Under the pieces are notes generated by a model. That model saw only the letters and a program-made list of their open reading frames with translations. It did not search any database and had not been told where the DNA came from. From an uncultured Candidatus Saccharibacteria bacterium (GTDB lineage: Bacteria > Patescibacteriota > Saccharimonadia > Saccharimonadales > CAYOYH01): a stretch of 64,000 nt of DNA. Each line of letters opens with the position of its first letter. Position 1 is the first letter of the stretch. Positions 7,213-15,083 of this stretch are shown in pieces. A program made the position numbers and the translations under genes. The stretch covers positions 109 through 64,108 of the forward strand of contig CAZOFP010000003.1 of assembly GCA_964579475.1 (NCBI GenBank). Reading direction: 5' to 3'.

Positions 7213-7252
7213 GCGTGACGCACATCACACAAAAAGCGTGATCTATGTCACA
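7213..7252. promoter_or_regulatory. two tandem GTGA-N6-TCACA palindromes (CRP/FNR-type operator-like)
   Basis: GCGTGAcgcacaTCACA at 7213-7229 and GCGTGAtctatgTCACA at 7236-7252, with starts 23 bp apart. Confidence 0.3.
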
Positions 7253-7393
7253 ATTTGGGGCTCCTCTCTCCACTAAAGAAAACCGATTAAGAAAAAGTAA
7301 AGTTTCACTGAATGATGAGCTCGAGATTCGTCTGGTTACCCCTCCATTTTTAAGCAAGGTAGCTTTGGTTGATTGAGAGCCTCAGCGAAAATC

Positions 7394-7486
7394 GTTATTT
7401 CTTAGTAAGTTTTTGTCTAGTGGAGGCAATTTTATGTTCTTTTTGCTGGCAAAAAAATAATGTGGTGCGCTGGCGAAACAACGCAG
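7394..7486 (+). repeat. intergenic repeat family B (~95 nt), copy 1
   Basis: About 85 percent identical by eye to the reverse complement of 13266-13361. Shared blocks are GTTATTT.TTAGTA, TTTTTGTCTA.TGGAGGCA and GGTGCGCTGGCGAAACA. Confidence 0.8.
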
Positions 7487-7506
7487 ACCCTCTTTGCCAA
7501 AGAAAA

Positions 7507-8832
7507 CTACTTCTTTCGGGAATTAACTCGTTTTTCTTTAAATTCCCATTTGATTGCTGTGCCAGCGAAGCCAAATTGCTCTCGGAACTCTCTGTCGAGG
7601 TATCTTTTGTAGCTCCAGTGCAAAAACTCGGTGTGGGCGCCGAAAACCGTGAACTCTGGCGGATTAGTACCGGTTTGAGTGATGTAGTTAAGACGTGGGT
7701 GGCGGTTTTTGAGCCCAGCTGGTGGATGTTGTGATATTTTGTCTTTCAACCAGCTGTTTAGCGTTGAGGTGTTTATTTCTTTGTCTCGCTCGGTATCAAC
7801 TCCCATGACGATATCAAAAATCTTAGTTACGTTTTGGCCGGTTACCGCACTGGTGAAGATTAACGGTGTCCACGGAACGAAATTGAAAGCTTTGATTATC
7901 TTCGGGGCTAAGTCGTCGCGAGTAAATGCATCTTTGTCGATAGAATCCCACTTACTAACAACCAGCACCAGACCTTTGCCAGCGTCTTTGATCATGCCAG
8001 CAATCTTTTGGTCGAGGTGAGTTGCTGGTTCGCCTGCGTCGATGAGTAGCAAACAAACATCGGACATTTCGATAGCTTGCAGACTACGCAGAACACTAAA
8101 CTTCTCTATCCCCTGCTCGATTTTGCCTGGGCGGCGGATACCGGCGGTATCGATGAATTCAATCTCGTGCTCGTGGTAGCGGACAATGGCTTTGTTTACG
8201 TCGCGCGTTGTGCCAGCGACGTCGGCTACAATGGCCTGTTGTTTCTTGGCCAGCGAGTTGAAAAGATAGCTTTTGCCAACATTTGGCCGGCCAATCAGCG
8301 CTACACTGACTTTGTCTGATTTCTTGTGCTCTCTTTTGGGGAGTTGTTTGGTTACTATATTTAGTAAATCGTCGATTCTGCTGTTGTGTTCGGCTGAGGT
8401 GGCGATGAGCTCCTTGATACCAAGTTTTAAGAAGTGTTCTGAGCCCTGGGCATCGACCTTATCCGATTTATTAATAGCTAAAGCTACAGGCTTGCCTGTT
8501 TTCAGTGCGAGCTTGGCTACACGACGATCTTCCTCGGTTATTTGGACGTTGGATTCAACAACGACGATGATGACATCGGCTGAAGTTGCGGCTTCGCTGA
8601 TTTGTTCTTGGATGGTAGCTTCGAAATCGTCTTCGGCTTTTTTAAGCCCGGCAGTGTCAACCAGCCAGAAGTTAAATCCGTCGTGTTCGACAACTTCTGC
8701 GATAGAATCTCGAGTCGTGCCAGCTTCGCGTGCTACAACAGCTCGTCTATGCCCGACAATGCGGTTAAACAGACTGGACTTGCCGACATTAGCTCGGCCA
8801 ACGATTGCAACGATTGGTAGTTTCTTACTCAT
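7507..8832 (-). CDS. der: ribosome-associated GTPase Der/EngA
   Basis: Two G domains (GRANVGKSS and GRPNVGKSY, DTAG twice) plus a C-terminal KH-like domain. Confidence 0.93.
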   Translation of the reverse strand: MSKKLPIVAIVGRANVGKSSLFNRIVGHRRAVVAREAGTTRDSIAEVVEHDGFNFWLVDTAGLKKAEDDFEATIQEQISEAATSADVIIVVVESNVQITEEDRRVAKLALKTGKPVALAINKSDKVDAQGSEHFLKLGIKELIATSAEHNSRIDDLLNIVTKQLPKREHKKSDKVSVALIGRPNVGKSYLFNSLAKKQQAIVADVAGTTRDVNKAIVRYHEHEIEFIDTAGIRRPGKIEQGIEKFSVLRSLQAIEMSDVCLLLIDAGEPATHLDQKIAGMIKDAGKGLVLVVSKWDSIDKDAFTRDDLAPKIIKAFNFVPWTPLIFTSAVTGQNVTKIFDIVMGVDTERDKEINTSTLNSWLKDKISQHPPAGLKNRHPRLNYITQTGTNPPEFTVFGAHTEFLHWSYKRYLDREFREQFGFAGTAIKWEFKEKRVNSRKK

Positions 8833-8854
8833 TACGCCTGGTAGCTTACCAGAT

Positions 8855-9544
8855 TTACCTCTTGTTTACCTCTATGAATTGCTGACCACCGAGTTCATCG
8901 AGTGAGTAAGGGCCGAAAATCGTTCGCTTAAGTTCCAAAATTTCATAGCCAAGCGCCCCAAAAGTTCGTCGGATTTGTCGGTTACGACCTTCATGCATGC
9001 GGACTTGATAAGCAGTAGTTGGGAGTTGGGAGTCGGGAGTTGGGAGGCGTTCAACGTTTAATTTACTCACTCCGTCCTCAAGCTTGACGCCTTCGTTGAG
9101 GTGCTTCAAGTCTTCAGACTTCAAGCTGCGGGCAAGACGTAGTTCATAGGTTTTGCCTTTTTCAAAGCTGGGGTGAGTCATGTGGTGGGTAAAGTCACCG
9201 TCGTTAGTTAGCAGCAGAAGACCAGATGATTCTTTGTCGAGTCGTCCGACATATTTTAGCTGGTGGTATTTTTCTGGTAGTAATTCGTAAACGGTACGCG
9301 CAGTGTCTTGGGATTTTCTAGTGGTTACGATTCCCACTGGTTTATCGAATAGCAAGTAGGTGTAGTCTTTGGGCAAGCTGATGACTTTTCCGTCCAGCTC
9401 CACTTTGTCACCGTTCATAATAGGGTTGCCCAGCTCTGCCCTTACACCGTTAACCAGAACTTTGCCGGCGCTAATAATCTTATCCGCTTCGCGGCGAGAA
9501 ATGCCGGTAGCTTGGGCGATGTATTTATTTAGTCTCACGGACAA
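8855..9544 (-). CDS. pseudouridine synthase, RsuA/RluB family with S4 domain
   Basis: N-terminal S4 (RLNKYIAQATGISRREADKII) and catalytic GRLDKESSGLLLLTNDG. Confidence 0.85.
   Translation of the reverse strand: MSVRLNKYIAQATGISRREADKIISAGKVLVNGVRAELGNPIMNGDKVELDGKVISLPKDYTYLLFDKPVGIVTTRKSQDTARTVYELLPEKYHQLKYVGRLDKESSGLLLLTNDGDFTHHMTHPSFEKGKTYELRLARSLKSEDLKHLNEGVKLEDGVSKLNVERLPTPDSQLPTTAYQVRMHEGRNRQIRRTFGALGYEILELKRTIFGPYSLDELGGQQFIEVNKR
9017..9044. repeat. heptanucleotide tandem repeat (AGTTGGG x4, one variant) inside the CDS
   Basis: AGTTGGG AGTTGGG AGTCGGG AGTTGGG on the + strand. It encodes PTPDSQLPT in the pseudouridine synthase. Confidence 0.8.
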
Positions 9545-10112
9545 TGCCTAGGGTGTCTAAGTGTTCTGTAAGCACATCCATTGGCAGGCCAATGACATTC
9601 GTTATATCGCCATCAATACTTTCGACAAACTCCTTGGCACCTGCTTGGATTCCATAAGAACCAGCTTTATCCATTGGTTCACCGCTTGCAATATATGCGG
9701 ATATCTCCTCGTCAGCTAGAACTCTAAACCGTATTTTTGTTTCTACAGCGAAACTACTTGCCTCGTAGGTTGTCGTGTCTACCAGAGTTACGCCCGTGTA
9801 TACTGAATGTTCGTTACCGCTAAGCATGCTAAGTGTTGCAGCGGCGTCCTCCTTGTTAGTAGGCTTGCCAATGACTTTCCCATCAAAAACCACAATCGTA
9901 TCAGCTCCAAGCACTATAGTTGCTCCTTTAGTATGCTTCTTTGCGATATCCAAAGCTTTGCCTTTCGACAGCTTTTGTACTAGAAAATTCGGTCTAAGCT
10001 CCTGAGTCATGTCTTCTTCGTAATCGCTCGGCTCGGCACCAAAATTGTAACCAGCTTCTTCAAGCAGTTCTTTACGTCTTGGAGAGCCAGAAGCAAGAAT
10101 AAGTTTATTCAT
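9525..10112 (-). CDS. maf: Maf-like nucleoside triphosphate pyrophosphatase
   Basis: MNKLILASGSPRRKELL and GAYGIQ-type motif (GSYGIQ). Confidence 0.88.
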   Translation of the reverse strand: MNKLILASGSPRRKELLEEAGYNFGAEPSDYEEDMTQELRPNFLVQKLSKGKALDIAKKHTKGATIVLGADTIVVFDGKVIGKPTNKEDAAATLSMLSGNEHSVYTGVTLVDTTTYEASSFAVETKIRFRVLADEEISAYIASGEPMDKAGSYGIQAGAKEFVESIDGDITNVIGLPMDVLTEHLDTLGIVRETK

Positions 10113-10135
10113 GTATGAATACTAGCAGATATTTT

Positions 10136-11320
10136 CTAGAGAGCGATATCGTTAGGGTCCGGTGCGTTTGGGTCTGCTGGTGGTGTTTCTGAAGCTGGCT
10201 CTGGGGTGGTATCGGTCGTAGGGGCTTCTGTTTCAGGGGTCTCACTGGCTGCAGGCGCAGATTCTTCCGCGGCTGCAACCTCCAGCGCAGGACTAGCAGG
10301 CTCGTTCGTCGCTGACATGTCGGCTACAGGTGCTGGGTTTTCGCCAGCCTCACTGTTAACGAAGTCTTTAATTTGATCTTCCATTTCCTTTTTTTCCTGA
10401 GCAATAGTTTCAGAAATATCGGGCGTGTTGCCTGTTTGCGGGTCGATTGCTGCGCCTGGAGTAGTTTCTTTTTCTTTGGCTTCTTCTGCCTCGGCGAGCT
10501 TCTGGATGTTAGGAGCGTCTAAGTTATTTATCGGTTTGATTATCTTCTTCTTTTTTGAGGCGGGCTCCGGTGGTTCTTCTACTTTAGCGGTAGCTGGTGT
10601 TTCTGGCTGGACAATCTTCGGCGTAGGTTCTGGTGTCGTGGTGGGTTCAGGAGCCGGTGCTACCTTAGTAGCTGGCTCCGGTGCTTTTGGGGGTGATTCG
10701 GTAGGCTCTGGGTCAGGGGTAGGTGTTGCTGGTGCAGGATCTGGCGAGGTTGGGGTTGGGTCTGGTGCAGGAGCTGGGGTTGGGTCGGCCGCCGGTGTTG
10801 TAGGCTCTGGAGCTGGGGTTGGGTCTGGTGCAGGTTCTGCAGCTGGTTCTGGAGTTGGTTCTGGTGTAGGAGCCGGGGTTGGCGCTGGTGCTTGAGGCTC
10901 GACGGCATCAGGGTTCGTTGCGGTTGGCTCAGGTATTGGGGCGGCACCACCACCGTCCTCTAAAACTTCATGCACAACAGCTACTACATCTTCAAGTGTC
11001 ACCTGGGATTTAACGAGATATCTGTTAGCACCGAGTTTTTCGCCACGTTCGCGGTCTTCTGGCTGACTGAGTGCAGTCATCATTATGACTTTTGTATCTT
11101 TGGTTTCTGGTGTGGTGCGCAGGATGTCTAGCATGTCAAAACCGCTAATCTTTGGCATCATCACATCAGAGATGATGAGATCGGGTTTTTCTTTAACAGC
11201 GAGAGCAAGGGCTTCCTCGCCATCGGCGGCTGCAACAATCTTGTAACCTTCGGCCATTAAGCGCGCACCATAAATCTCGCGCAAGTTATTGTCATCTTCG
11301 ACTAGGAGTATCTTTGCCAT
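10136..11320 (-). CDS. response regulator, receiver domain only, with ~270-aa Pro/Thr/Ala/Glu-rich tail
   Basis: MAKILLVEDD...DLIISDVMMPK...MMTA...KS receiver pattern. The remainder is low complexity (PAPTPAPTPEPTPEP...). No HTH or enzymatic output domain visible. Confidence 0.8.
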   Translation of the reverse strand: MAKILLVEDDNNLREIYGARLMAEGYKIVAAADGEEALALAVKEKPDLIISDVMMPKISGFDMLDILRTTPETKDTKVIMMTALSQPEDRERGEKLGANRYLVKSQVTLEDVVAVVHEVLEDGGGAAPIPEPTATNPDAVEPQAPAPTPAPTPEPTPEPAAEPAPDPTPAPEPTTPAADPTPAPAPDPTPTSPDPAPATPTPDPEPTESPPKAPEPATKVAPAPEPTTTPEPTPKIVQPETPATAKVEEPPEPASKKKKIIKPINNLDAPNIQKLAEAEEAKEKETTPGAAIDPQTGNTPDISETIAQEKKEMEDQIKDFVNSEAGENPAPVADMSATNEPASPALEVAAAEESAPAASETPETEAPTTDTTPEPASETPPADPNAPDPNDIAL

Positions 11321-11374
11321 AATTCCCTCTTATTCTAGTGTGTTACCAAGTATTTTACCATAATCATTTTACCT

Positions 11375-13114
11375 TTATATATTTGTTGGCTTCTGGACGG
11401 TTGAAAGTGGCGTTTTCTGAGCAGTCTCAAGTTGCTTCAGCTGGTCAGCTTTTGTTTGGTCTAACCGAGGTAATTCTATAAAGAAGGTACTGCCTTCACC
11501 GAGTTTACTCTCTACCCAGACACGCCCATGGTAGAGTTCAACAATCTTTTTAGTTATAAACAGCCCAAGCCCGGTGCCGCCTACCTGGCGAGTTGCAGAG
11601 TTGTCAACGCGATAGAATTTCTGAAAGAGGTGTCCGACGTCTTCGGGCGGGATTCCTGCACCGGTATCAGTGATGCTAATAGTCATGGTTTCTTGGTTGC
11701 CGGTAAAGCCAATGGTTAGCTTGCCTTCCTCGGTGTATTTGACTGCGTTGTCGAATAGATTGGTTAGGACTTCGCGCATTCGTTCTGGGTCGATGTTGGC
11801 CAGATACACGGGGTTCATTGCACCTCCACCAGACTTTGCGGCTCCAGCGCCAAACGACTGAATGACCTGCAATCCCTTTTTCTCTGCAGTAAAGCGCATA
11901 TCTTCAACGATTTGTTCCATGAAGGCTGACATGTCTGTAACCACAGGGTTGTTGGTTAGCCTGCCGTCCTCGGATTTGGCAGCAGTTAGGAGATCTTGGA
12001 AAAGTTTGCCTAGATGCTGAGTAGACGCATGAGCTTTTTCTAAGTAGCCTTTGGCCGCGGAATCAATCTTTGAAACTTTGTCATTTAGAGCTAGAGCCAA
12101 ATAGCCTTCGATGGCGGCTACAGGTGTACGCATTTCGTGTGATGCCGTAGAGATGAACTCGGCTCGTTGTTTCTGCTGATGACGTTCTTCGGACACATCA
12201 CGGAAGACGACCGCCACTGCCTTTACTCCGCCGTCTCTGTCATTAATTGGCGAGACTACCAAAGTGACTTCGATGATTTTCTCCGAACGAGTCTTGAGAG
12301 ACAGCTCGTCATTTATCAGAGATTTGTTTGAAGCTAGAACAATTCTAATTGGATCTTTGCTTTTGTCGATTGGCACACCCTTTTCATCTTGTAGTTTCAG
12401 CAGAGAGCGGTAGTTAAGTCCGATGGCGTCAACTTTACTCCAGCCAGTAATATCTTCGGCGGCTTTGTTGAATAGTTTTAGCGTGCCTTCCAAATCTACA
12501 ACCACCACACCCTCGGCGATTGATTCGATGAGCAGATCTGCACTCAGGTCTTTGTCTTTAAAGCCGGAGCTGTCTTCACTAGTTTCAGTACTAGCCCCAG
12601 AACGACGCCAAATCATGTAGCTAACCATAAACGGCAGCTGCATAGTTATGAAATAAAGCAGAGTCAGAGTTAGGTCGCTACCAGAATTGACCACATCAAC
12701 AGCCATGAGTATCAGATACGCATTTGTGGCGAGCCAGGCGACGATTAGCACTGGCATGCCGAACATATAGCTAAGTATTGCTGGAATCATCCAGAGTGCA
12801 ACGAATTGTGACTGCAACCCACCAGAGCCGATTATCAGTGAAGCGATGGCTGTGGTTATTAGAATATACGAGATTAGTCCAGCAAAAAGGTGAGACTTTT
12901 TAGCCAGGAATCGATAAATAGCCAGTGAATAGACTAGTCCAAGAATTGCCAGGACGAATGTGGCAACAGGTATGCTGAGGTCAATTTCGGCTTTGACCTC
13001 GGTGAATATTAGCTCAAAACCGATGTACGCCAGTATCAACAGTGCACTCAAAGCAAGCGTTGCGTCGTTCATATGACCATACCAGCGCGGTGCTACCGCA
13101 CGAAAGAATTTCAA
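11375..13114 (-). CDS. sensor histidine kinase (multi-TM, PAS, HisKA, HATPase_c)
   Basis: H box FISTASHEMRTP, N box LFDNAVKYT, G boxes DTGAGI and GGTGLGLFI. The start codon may be the internal MNDATL. Confidence 0.88.
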   Translation of the reverse strand: MKFFRAVAPRWYGHMNDATLALSALLILAYIGFELIFTEVKAEIDLSIPVATFVLAILGLVYSLAIYRFLAKKSHLFAGLISYILITTAIASLIIGSGGLQSQFVALWMIPAILSYMFGMPVLIVAWLATNAYLILMAVDVVNSGSDLTLTLLYFITMQLPFMVSYMIWRRSGASTETSEDSSGFKDKDLSADLLIESIAEGVVVVDLEGTLKLFNKAAEDITGWSKVDAIGLNYRSLLKLQDEKGVPIDKSKDPIRIVLASNKSLINDELSLKTRSEKIIEVTLVVSPINDRDGGVKAVAVVFRDVSEERHQQKQRAEFISTASHEMRTPVAAIEGYLALALNDKVSKIDSAAKGYLEKAHASTQHLGKLFQDLLTAAKSEDGRLTNNPVVTDMSAFMEQIVEDMRFTAEKKGLQVIQSFGAGAAKSGGGAMNPVYLANIDPERMREVLTNLFDNAVKYTEEGKLTIGFTGNQETMTISITDTGAGIPPEDVGHLFQKFYRVDNSATRQVGGTGLGLFITKKIVELYHGRVWVESKLGEGSTFFIELPRLDQTKADQLKQLETAQKTPLSTVQKPTNI

Positions 13115-13265
13115 AAAGTATTTCCTGTTATTTAACCGTTACCATTATCCATGAGAAGTGAGCTTTGTTCAATCGCGCTCTTTCGGGAGCACACCCCGGC
13201 ATTACTTTTAACAGCAAAACGATGTTCTTTACCAAAAGCCTGTCCGCCTGCCGGCGGAAACCAAA

Positions 13266-13361
13266 CTGGCGCTGTTTCGCCAGCGCACCGCATCGTCTTT
13301 TTTGGCAGCAAAAAAGACACAAAAACTGCCTCCATAGACAAAAACACTACTAACAAATAAC
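13266..13361 (-). repeat. intergenic repeat family B, copy 2
   Basis: Reverse complement aligns with 7394-7486. This copy keeps intact hairpins GTCTTTTTTG/CAAAAAAGAC and CTGGCG/CGCCAG plus TTTGG. Confidence 0.8.
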
Positions 13362-13516
13362 CAAACTACACTGGAGCTCTCAAACAGCTACGCTGGCTCG
13401 TTTAGTTTTCCATAGGTGTAAACGAGCGAAGGCTCGAGCACATTACTCAGTGCAGTTTAGCTATTTCTTAATCGGTTTTCTTTAATGTCGGGAATTAACG
13501 CAATCGCCACCTCTAT

Positions 13517-13550
13517 TCTAGCTTCTAGAATCTATCGTCTAGTATCTAAC
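13517..13550. repeat. TCTA-heptad motif (family D), copy 1
   Basis: TCTAGCT TCTAGAA TCTATCG TCTAGTA TCTAAC. Related to 18242-18275 and 63167-63193. Confidence 0.7.
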
Positions 13551-13554
13551 AAGG

Positions 13555-13633
13555 CTATATAATTAGTTATATAACTATGTAAAATAACAGAGGGAAATTA
13601 TGGGAACATGGGTGGTAACATGGTTATATAATT
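13555..13633. repeat. TTATATAA-box cluster (family C), copy 1
   Basis: TATATAATTAGTTATATAACTATG (13555-13578) is the exact reverse complement of 51095-51118. The second box CATGGTTATATAATTA (13618-13633) matches 51164-51179 with one mismatch. Confidence 0.8.
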
Positions 13634-13752
13634 ACTTCCCCACCTAGAAGCGGCCATATGTATTAGATACGTTATCTGAAGTACTGAAATTTATCGGGAT
13701 GTAATTTTCAGATAAACAAATACTTACTAAGTGAATTTGTTGAGCAGTTATC

Positions 13753-13953
13753 TTATCGGGCTCTCTTTAGGTGTCCAACTTCTTGAAGCAGCGCTTTCTG
13801 TCTCTCGTTTGCGGAATCAATAGCGTATTTAATCACCTTTTTCTGCTTTCTAGAATTTGCGTGCACAAAAAAATCAGAGAAATCGTTTTCATCAACTTTC
13901 CTCTTCGGATCTCTTGATGGAGTAACTCTAATTCGTAGGAACTTCATACTCAT
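13753..13953 (-). CDS. hypothetical small basic protein (66 aa)
   Basis: ORF overlapping the zeta-like gene end by 26 nt. No recognisable family. Confidence 0.35.
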   Translation of the reverse strand: MSMKFLRIRVTPSRDPKRKVDENDFSDFFVHANSRKQKKVIKYAIDSANERQKALLQEVGHLKRAR

Positions 13954-14644
13954 CTATCATAGCAGCAATTTCCTTGTGAGTGTAAACTTTTTTAACATGA
14001 TCTACAATATTGTCAACGTTATAGTATGGCTTAATTCCTTTACTGTCATACTCTATGTCTCTATCAATTACATTCAATTTGATTTTATTGCCGAAATGAT
14101 TTTTTACTTCTTGGACGTTTTCAATAGACTTTACATACCTGTCGATGAACACTTCTTTGTTTATATGCCTACCTTCCTTCACTTCTCTTGCGACTGTAAA
14201 CCCCCATGCAATATCTGGTCTTAGGTGTAAGAAATATATGTGTGCAGCGTAGCCATGTCGCAATACTCTGTCAACATTGTTGATAGATTTTGGAGAACTG
14301 AACGTTCCATCCAATATGAAACTAGCTTTTCTCTTCCGAATAACATCATCCAAAATTCTTTCTAAAATAATCGATATAGCTCCTTGCACCACAGAAGAGT
14401 TCCTACCATTGTAGACGGGGATATTTGGGCGTAGTTTGTCGGGATCAATAAGGATAGGTTTTTTTGAGAAGCTGGATACCACCTCCTCTGAATATTCAGT
14501 TTTTCCAGCACCTGGGCAGCCTGCCATAAAAACCGCTAGTTTTTCTTTCAGTTTTCCTTCTGAAGCATAAGCAAAGAACTCGCCTACAAGCCTTTTCTTA
14601 TTATCGCGAGCGAATTTTTCTGCCTCTTCTTTTTGCTTGCTCAT
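13928..14644 (-). CDS. zeta-toxin family P-loop kinase (orphan)
   Basis: Walker A MAGCPGAGKT, the downstream DPD..R and ILDGT pattern, and a ~240 aa size typical of zeta/PezT-like kinases. The local sequence is strongly AT-rich. Confidence 0.7.
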   Translation of the reverse strand: MSKQKEEAEKFARDNKKRLVGEFFAYASEGKLKEKLAVFMAGCPGAGKTEYSEEVVSSFSKKPILIDPDKLRPNIPVYNGRNSSVVQGAISIILERILDDVIRKRKASFILDGTFSSPKSINNVDRVLRHGYAAHIYFLHLRPDIAWGFTVAREVKEGRHINKEVFIDRYVKSIENVQEVKNHFGNKIKLNVIDRDIEYDSKGIKPYYNVDNIVDHVKKVYTHKEIAAMIDEYEVPTN

Positions 14645-14855
14645 TGTTGAATTCTACCACGTCAAACTTAACGTGTAGATTATTGATCAATTGCCTACGC
14701 GAGTTATGCGATAAATCTTCAATAAAAATATAATTCTTCGTCTAGGGATACTTTAGCTCCTTATCTTCGTACCTAGGGTTCGAAATTCTCAAAGAATCCA
14801 ATAATCAAAAAAATGCCACGAAACAAAACCACCCACAAGAAGTGGCTTGATTTAC

Positions 14856-14930
14856 TGGTGATCCCTACGGGAGTTGAACCCGTGTTTCCAGGATGAGAAC
14901 CTGGTGTCCTAACCACTAGACGAAGGGACC
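14856..14930 (-). tRNA. tRNA-Glu (anticodon CUC), CCA encoded
   Basis: Reverse complement is GGTCCCT TC GTCT AGTGGTTA GGAC A CCAGG TTCTCAT CCTGG AAAC ACGGG TTCAACT CCCGT AGGGATC A CCA. The cloverleaf folds completely. Confidence 0.92.
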
Positions 14931-15083
14931 GTGTTTGGCTTGTGAACTAATTCTATTGATAAAAGCTTGAGTTGTTAAGGTTCTCATCCTTGGGTGAGGT
15001 CACGTTCCGCGACCCCGAAACTTCGTGATTGAAAACAAGTTTTCATCGGAAGGTTTCCTTGCGAGCTGCTCCCAGCAGTTCTC

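Noticed and set aside
7193-7240. Second CTGATGA box (7194-7200) as another hammerhead
   Set aside because: No stem II hairpin followed by GAAA, and no stem I/III partners or NUH site. A nearby TGATGAG at about 7306 lacks the essential C3. There is therefore no paired ribozyme to define a circular or excised RNA.
10425-10953. Long ORFs on the + strand and in the alternate minus frame within the RR1 tail (10425..10895, 10660..10953)
   Set aside because: They are by-products of the repetitive GC-rich Pro/Thr/Ala-coding DNA, giving Gly/Ser/Val or Gln/Pro/Leu monotony. The receiver-domain frame is the real one.
13132-13360. Four overlapping small ORFs (62-74 aa) on both strands
   Set aside because: They lie entirely in repeat families A and B. 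The sister copy at 7394-7486 has a frame-breaking indel, so conservation is not at the protein level.
13753-13953. The 66-aa ORF as the antitoxin of the zeta-like kinase
   Set aside because: It sits downstream rather than upstream and has no recognisable antitoxin fold or DNA-binding motif. It is kept only as a low-confidence CDS and a hypothesis to test.
14776-14788. T-loop-like strings (GGGTTCGAAATTC here, and GGGTTCAAATCTC at 26898-26910) as additional tRNA genes
   Set aside because: No complementary T stem, acceptor stem or anticodon arm can be built around them. They are treated as fragments.
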